Program-made: the position numbers and the translations under genes | Shown here: piece after piece, positions 61,062 through 64,000 of the stretch | Layout: every line of letters begins with the position of its first letter | How positions within the stretch are numbered: the first letter of the stretch is position 1 | Notes under the pieces: model-generated | Told to the model about the DNA's origin: nothing | The model's database searches: none | Seen by the model: only the letters and a program-made list of their open reading frames with translations | Assembly (NCBI GenBank): GCA_043812955.1 | Contig: JBDRLN010000061.1 | Span: 7,231-71,230 of the forward strand | From: Candidatus Omnitrophota bacterium | GTDB lineage: Bacteria; Omnitrophota; Gorgyraeia; Gygaellales; Profunditerraquicolaceae | Length of the DNA stretch: 64,000 nucleotides | Reading direction: 5' to 3'

Positions 61062-61541
61062 CTAGTTCCTCTTAAATTTATTTAAAACATCAATTACCAC
61101 ATCCGGCGAAAAGCCCCGGCGGATCAGAAATCCGTAAACCCGAGCCAGGGCTTTTTGTGGTTCTATTGACCTTAACTTACTTAACTTTGTCTTTGCCAGC
61201 TCAAGGGCTATTTTATCTTGCGGATAATCTTTTTTAACCCGTTCAATCTGTTCATTGATAATATCTTCTTTTATGCCTTTAATTTTTAGCTCGGTTTTAA
61301 GCCTGCGGCAGCCTATTGGTTTTTTTACCCGGCTATCAACCCAAGCCTTAGCAAAAAAAATATCATTAATAAAATCTTTGCTTTTTAAAAAGGTTATAAC
61401 CTTTTGTATATTTTCTTGCGAAAAATCTTTCTTTTTAAGCCGCTGGTAAATCTCTTTCTCGCTGCGCAAGCGGAATTTAAGCAGAAAAAAAGCGTATCTT
61501 TTAGCCTTTTCTAAAGAACTAAGGTTTTTATTTTCCGCCAT
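61062..61541 (-). CDS. recX: Regulatory protein RecX
   Basis: 159 aa, helical-repeat RecX family. It sits downstream of recA with htrA between. Confidence 0.75.
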   Translation of the reverse strand: MAENKNLSSLEKAKRYAFFLLKFRLRSEKEIYQRLKKKDFSQENIQKVITFLKSKDFINDIFFAKAWVDSRVKKPIGCRRLKTELKIKGIKEDIINEQIERVKKDYPQDKIALELAKTKLSKLRSIEPQKALARVYGFLIRRGFSPDVVIDVLNKFKRN

Positions 61542-63075
61542 CTTCTTTAACCAAGAAATAGCCCCTGGCAGTCTTTATTAAACAATTGCCTCTGGCCAGC
61601 TTGGTTATCCGGCTGTAATCCGCGTAATTCTTAATCGACTGCCGGTTTATCTCTATGATCACATCTCCGGAGATAATGCCCGCGTTATCTGCCGAGCTAT
61701 TCGGTTCAACCGAAACCACAACTACCCCTTCTTTTTCCGCTGAATGCATGCGCCGCTTAGATTCAGGACTTAATTCTTCGGCCCTGATACCCCTCCAGGA
61801 GCCAGCTTCGGATATACCTATTTCTTCTTCGGTTTTTTCTACATCCTGAGGCCGCTCTCCGATATCTGCGTTTAAAATTATTTCTTTCTTATCCCTAATC
61901 ACAACAACCTTTATCTTTTTACCTACTTCGGCCTTACCGACATTGCTCAATAACTCCTTAACATTTGCGATCGGCTTGGAATCAAATTGCTTGATTATAT
62001 CGCTTTCTTTCATTCCGGATTTTTCCGCTGGACTGCCTTTTAAAACCTTGGCTACTAAAACCCCGATTTTATCGCTTACACCAAAATACTTAGCCAGGTC
62101 CTCGGTTAGATCCTGAACTGTAATACCCAACCATCCATAAGCTATCTTTTTCCCCTCGATAAGCCTAGAGATTATACTTTTTGCGGTATTAGAAGGAATT
62201 GCAAAACCCACCCCTTGGTATCCGCCGGTTGTAGAAAATATTACTACATTAATTCCGACAATCTCCCCTTTTAAATTTACTAAAGGCCCTCCGGAATTAC
62301 CGGGATTTATCGCCGCGTCAGTCTGAATAAGATCGTTAAAATCCTTATCTCGGGAGAGCGCCCGGCCTAAACTCCTATGCAAGGCGCTGATTACACCCGC
62401 GGTCACTGTTGGCTCAGGATTCTGCATGGCAAATCCAAAAGGATTACCTATGGCTACTACCCATTGTCCTATCCTTAAACTATCCGAATCCCCTAAACTT
62501 GCCACCGGCAAATTCTTAGGAGCCTCAATTTTAATAACTGCCAAATCTGAACGAGAATCTTTTCCTTTTACTTGAGCCTTAAACTCGCGGCCATCAGATA
62601 AAGTTACGGTTATTTTATCCGCATTATCGACTACATGCTCATTGGTTAAAATATAACCGGCATCATCAATTATCACCCCGGACCCTAAAGCTGTCTGCCT
62701 GAATTCCCTCTCCGGAATATCGCCAAAAAACTCATTGAAGAAACGCCGGAATAGTTCATCATTTCCAAAAGGCATCTCTTCGCCTCCACCAAACGGAGAA
62801 TAGCGGTAATATCTTCTCTGGCTACCCCCTATTTTAGTCAACTGCTCAGTGCTAATAGAAACAACAGCCTTTCCCGATGTATCGGCCACTCGGATAATCG
62901 CATCCTCCATATTAAAACCTTCTAATGAAGTAGGCTCGGAATAATTTTTAATTTTTGGCTTGGTCTCCTGACTAATAGCTGTAACCGGAAAATTTAAACT
63001 TCCTGCCACTAGCAAGCCAATGATTAAACCGGACAGCGTAAAAAAAACAGCAAAAAATAATGTTCCTTTCTTCAT
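61528..63075 (-). CDS. htrA: Periplasmic serine endoprotease HtrA/DegP family (trypsin domain + 2 PDZ)
   Basis: 515 aa. Signal peptide. Catalytic triad contexts TNEHVV (His), DLAVIK (Asp), GNSGGPL (Ser). Two PDZ-like regions. Confidence 0.9.
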   Translation of the reverse strand: MKKGTLFFAVFFTLSGLIIGLLVAGSLNFPVTAISQETKPKIKNYSEPTSLEGFNMEDAIIRVADTSGKAVVSISTEQLTKIGGSQRRYYRYSPFGGGEEMPFGNDELFRRFFNEFFGDIPEREFRQTALGSGVIIDDAGYILTNEHVVDNADKITVTLSDGREFKAQVKGKDSRSDLAVIKIEAPKNLPVASLGDSDSLRIGQWVVAIGNPFGFAMQNPEPTVTAGVISALHRSLGRALSRDKDFNDLIQTDAAINPGNSGGPLVNLKGEIVGINVVIFSTTGGYQGVGFAIPSNTAKSIISRLIEGKKIAYGWLGITVQDLTEDLAKYFGVSDKIGVLVAKVLKGSPAEKSGMKESDIIKQFDSKPIANVKELLSNVGKAEVGKKIKVVVIRDKKEIILNADIGERPQDVEKTEEEIGISEAGSWRGIRAEELSPESKRRMHSAEKEGVVVVSVEPNSSADNAGIISGDVIIEINRQSIKNYADYSRITKLARGNCLIKTARGYFLVKEDGGK

Positions 63076-63092
63076 TGCTAACTACCTCCCCT

Positions 63093-64000
63093 TTATAACA
63101 TCACGATCTTTTTCCTGACTTCTTTCTCAATATTATCCTGTAATTTAGGATTTTCTTTCAAGGATTTTATTGCGGCATCCCTGCCCTGCCCGATCTTCTC
63201 GCCTTCAAAAGAAAACCAAGTCCCGGATTTGGTTAATACTTCCAGGTTTGCCGCGGCATCGATCACGCTTCCTGCCCTGGCAATGCCTTCGTCATGAAGT
63301 ATTTCAAATTCACCCTCTTTAAAAGGCGGAGCAATTTTATTTTTAACTACCCTGGCCCTGATCCGGCTTCCGATCACGCTATCACCCGATTTTATAGCGG
63401 CTATCCGGCGCAGGTCTAGCCTTACCGAAGAATAAAACTTCAATGCCCGTCCCCCGGGAGTAGTCTCCGGATTTCCGAACATAACTCCGATCTTCTCCCT
63501 GATCTGATTGATAAAAATAACGCAGGTGCGGGATTTACTGATAGCCGCGGTAAGCTTACGCAAGGCCTGAGACATCAGTCTGGCTTGCAAACCCATATGT
63601 GAATCCCCCATCTCACCTTCTATTTCAGCCCGAGGAGTAAGCGCAGCTACTGAATCCACTACCACTAAATCTACGGCGTTGGAACGAACCAGGGTCTCGG
63701 TGATCTCCAGGGCTTGTTCGCCGGTATCCGGCTGAGACATTAAAAGCTCCTCTAGATTAACCCCTATCTTCTGGGCATAATATGAATCAAAAGCATGCTC
63801 AGCATCGATAAAAGCCGCAACCCCGCCTTTTTTCTGGATTTCCCTGATCACACTTAAGGTAAGCGAGGTTTTGCCAGAAGCCTCAGGCCCGAATATCTCA
63901 ATAACCCTACCCTTAGGTAAACCCCCTATCCCTAAAGCGCAATCCAGCGTAAGTATACCGGTAGAAATGGCTTCAACATCCACCCTGATCTTACCTCCTA
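63093..64000 (-). CDS. recA: Recombinase RecA, N-terminus beyond the window's right edge
   Basis: [12 protein letters not shown] Walker A. The reading frame stays open to position 64000 (…[14 protein letters not shown]…). Confidence 0.9.
   Translation of the reverse strand, partial: GGKIRVDVEAISTGILTLDCALGIGGLPKGRVIEIFGPEASGKTSLTLSVIREIQKKGGVAAFIDAEHAFDSYYAQKIGVNLEELLMSQPDTGEQALEITETLVRSNAVDLVVVDSVAALTPRAEIEGEMGDSHMGLQARLMSQALRKLTAAISKSRTCVIFINQIREKIGVMFGNPETTPGGRALKFYSSVRLDLRRIAAIKSGDSVIGSRIRARVVKNKIAPPFKEGEFEILHDEGIARAGSVIDAAANLEVLTKSGTWFSFEGEKIGQGRDAAIKSLKENPKLQDNIEKEVRKKIVML

Overview
This 64-kb window is AT-rich. All ~70 protein genes and both tRNAs lie on the minus strand, so transcription runs from high to low coordinates.

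Gene content, in transcription order (high to low coordinates):
- Partial recA, htrA/degP, recX and alaS (63.9-58.2 kb).
- A his operon (hisD-hisB-hisH-hisA-[lipoprotein]-hisF-hisI), then a trpE/pabB-like gene, rpsP, yajC and a fused secDF (58.1-48.5 kb).
- A short mfd-like helicase, then surA-pdxA-ksgA (48.3-43.8 kb).
- Two signal-peptide proteins of unknown function, one a long Gln-rich coiled coil (43.6-41.4 kb).
- One contiguous translation/transcription super-cluster of about 31 kb (41.1-9.7 kb): tRNA-Thr, rpmG, tRNA-Trp, secE, nusG, L11-L1-L10-L7/L12, rpoB-rpoC, the str operon (rpsL-rpsG-fusA-tuf), the S10 and spc operons with secY, adk, map, infA and rpmJ, and the alpha operon ending at rplQ.
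- An aminotransferase, leuC, pilT, leuD, a NAD-isocitrate-dehydrogenase-like gene, mdh and an lpd-like E3 gene (9.7-2.2 kb).
- groES and partial groEL behind a textbook sigma70 promoter plus a CIRCE/HrcA operator (2.1-0 kb).

I found no transposases, integrases, CRISPR arrays, restriction-modification, toxin-antitoxin or defence genes. Plus-strand ORFs in the six-frame track are antisense shadows.

The genuinely unusual feature is non-coding. At least seven families of structured, hairpin-forming repeats (labelled A-G here) sit in intercistronic spacers:
- They occur even inside the normally tightly packed ribosomal-protein operons (rpsM, rplB, rplL, rplV, rpmC, rpsH, rpsG, fusA, secY and rplX spacers).
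- The same families recur in front of his-operon genes.
- Several abut or include the SD/start codon of the downstream gene.
- One pair shows compensatory base-pair covariation, and one pair shows a flipped internal palindrome.
- A separate helically phased ACGGAT nested-palindrome array sits between hisB and hisH.

Together these look like an undescribed family of dispersed RNA or DNA elements. They may mediate post-transcriptional control shared between ribosomal and histidine-biosynthesis genes. This needs computation and experiment to confirm.

Other points:
- The organism looks like an uncultivated diderm bacterium (SurA, HtrA, SecDF, PilT, lipoprotein signals). I cannot name it from sequence alone.
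- Product calls are made by eye against well-known families. Starts were re-examined where the ORF track over-extended them using GTG/TTG.
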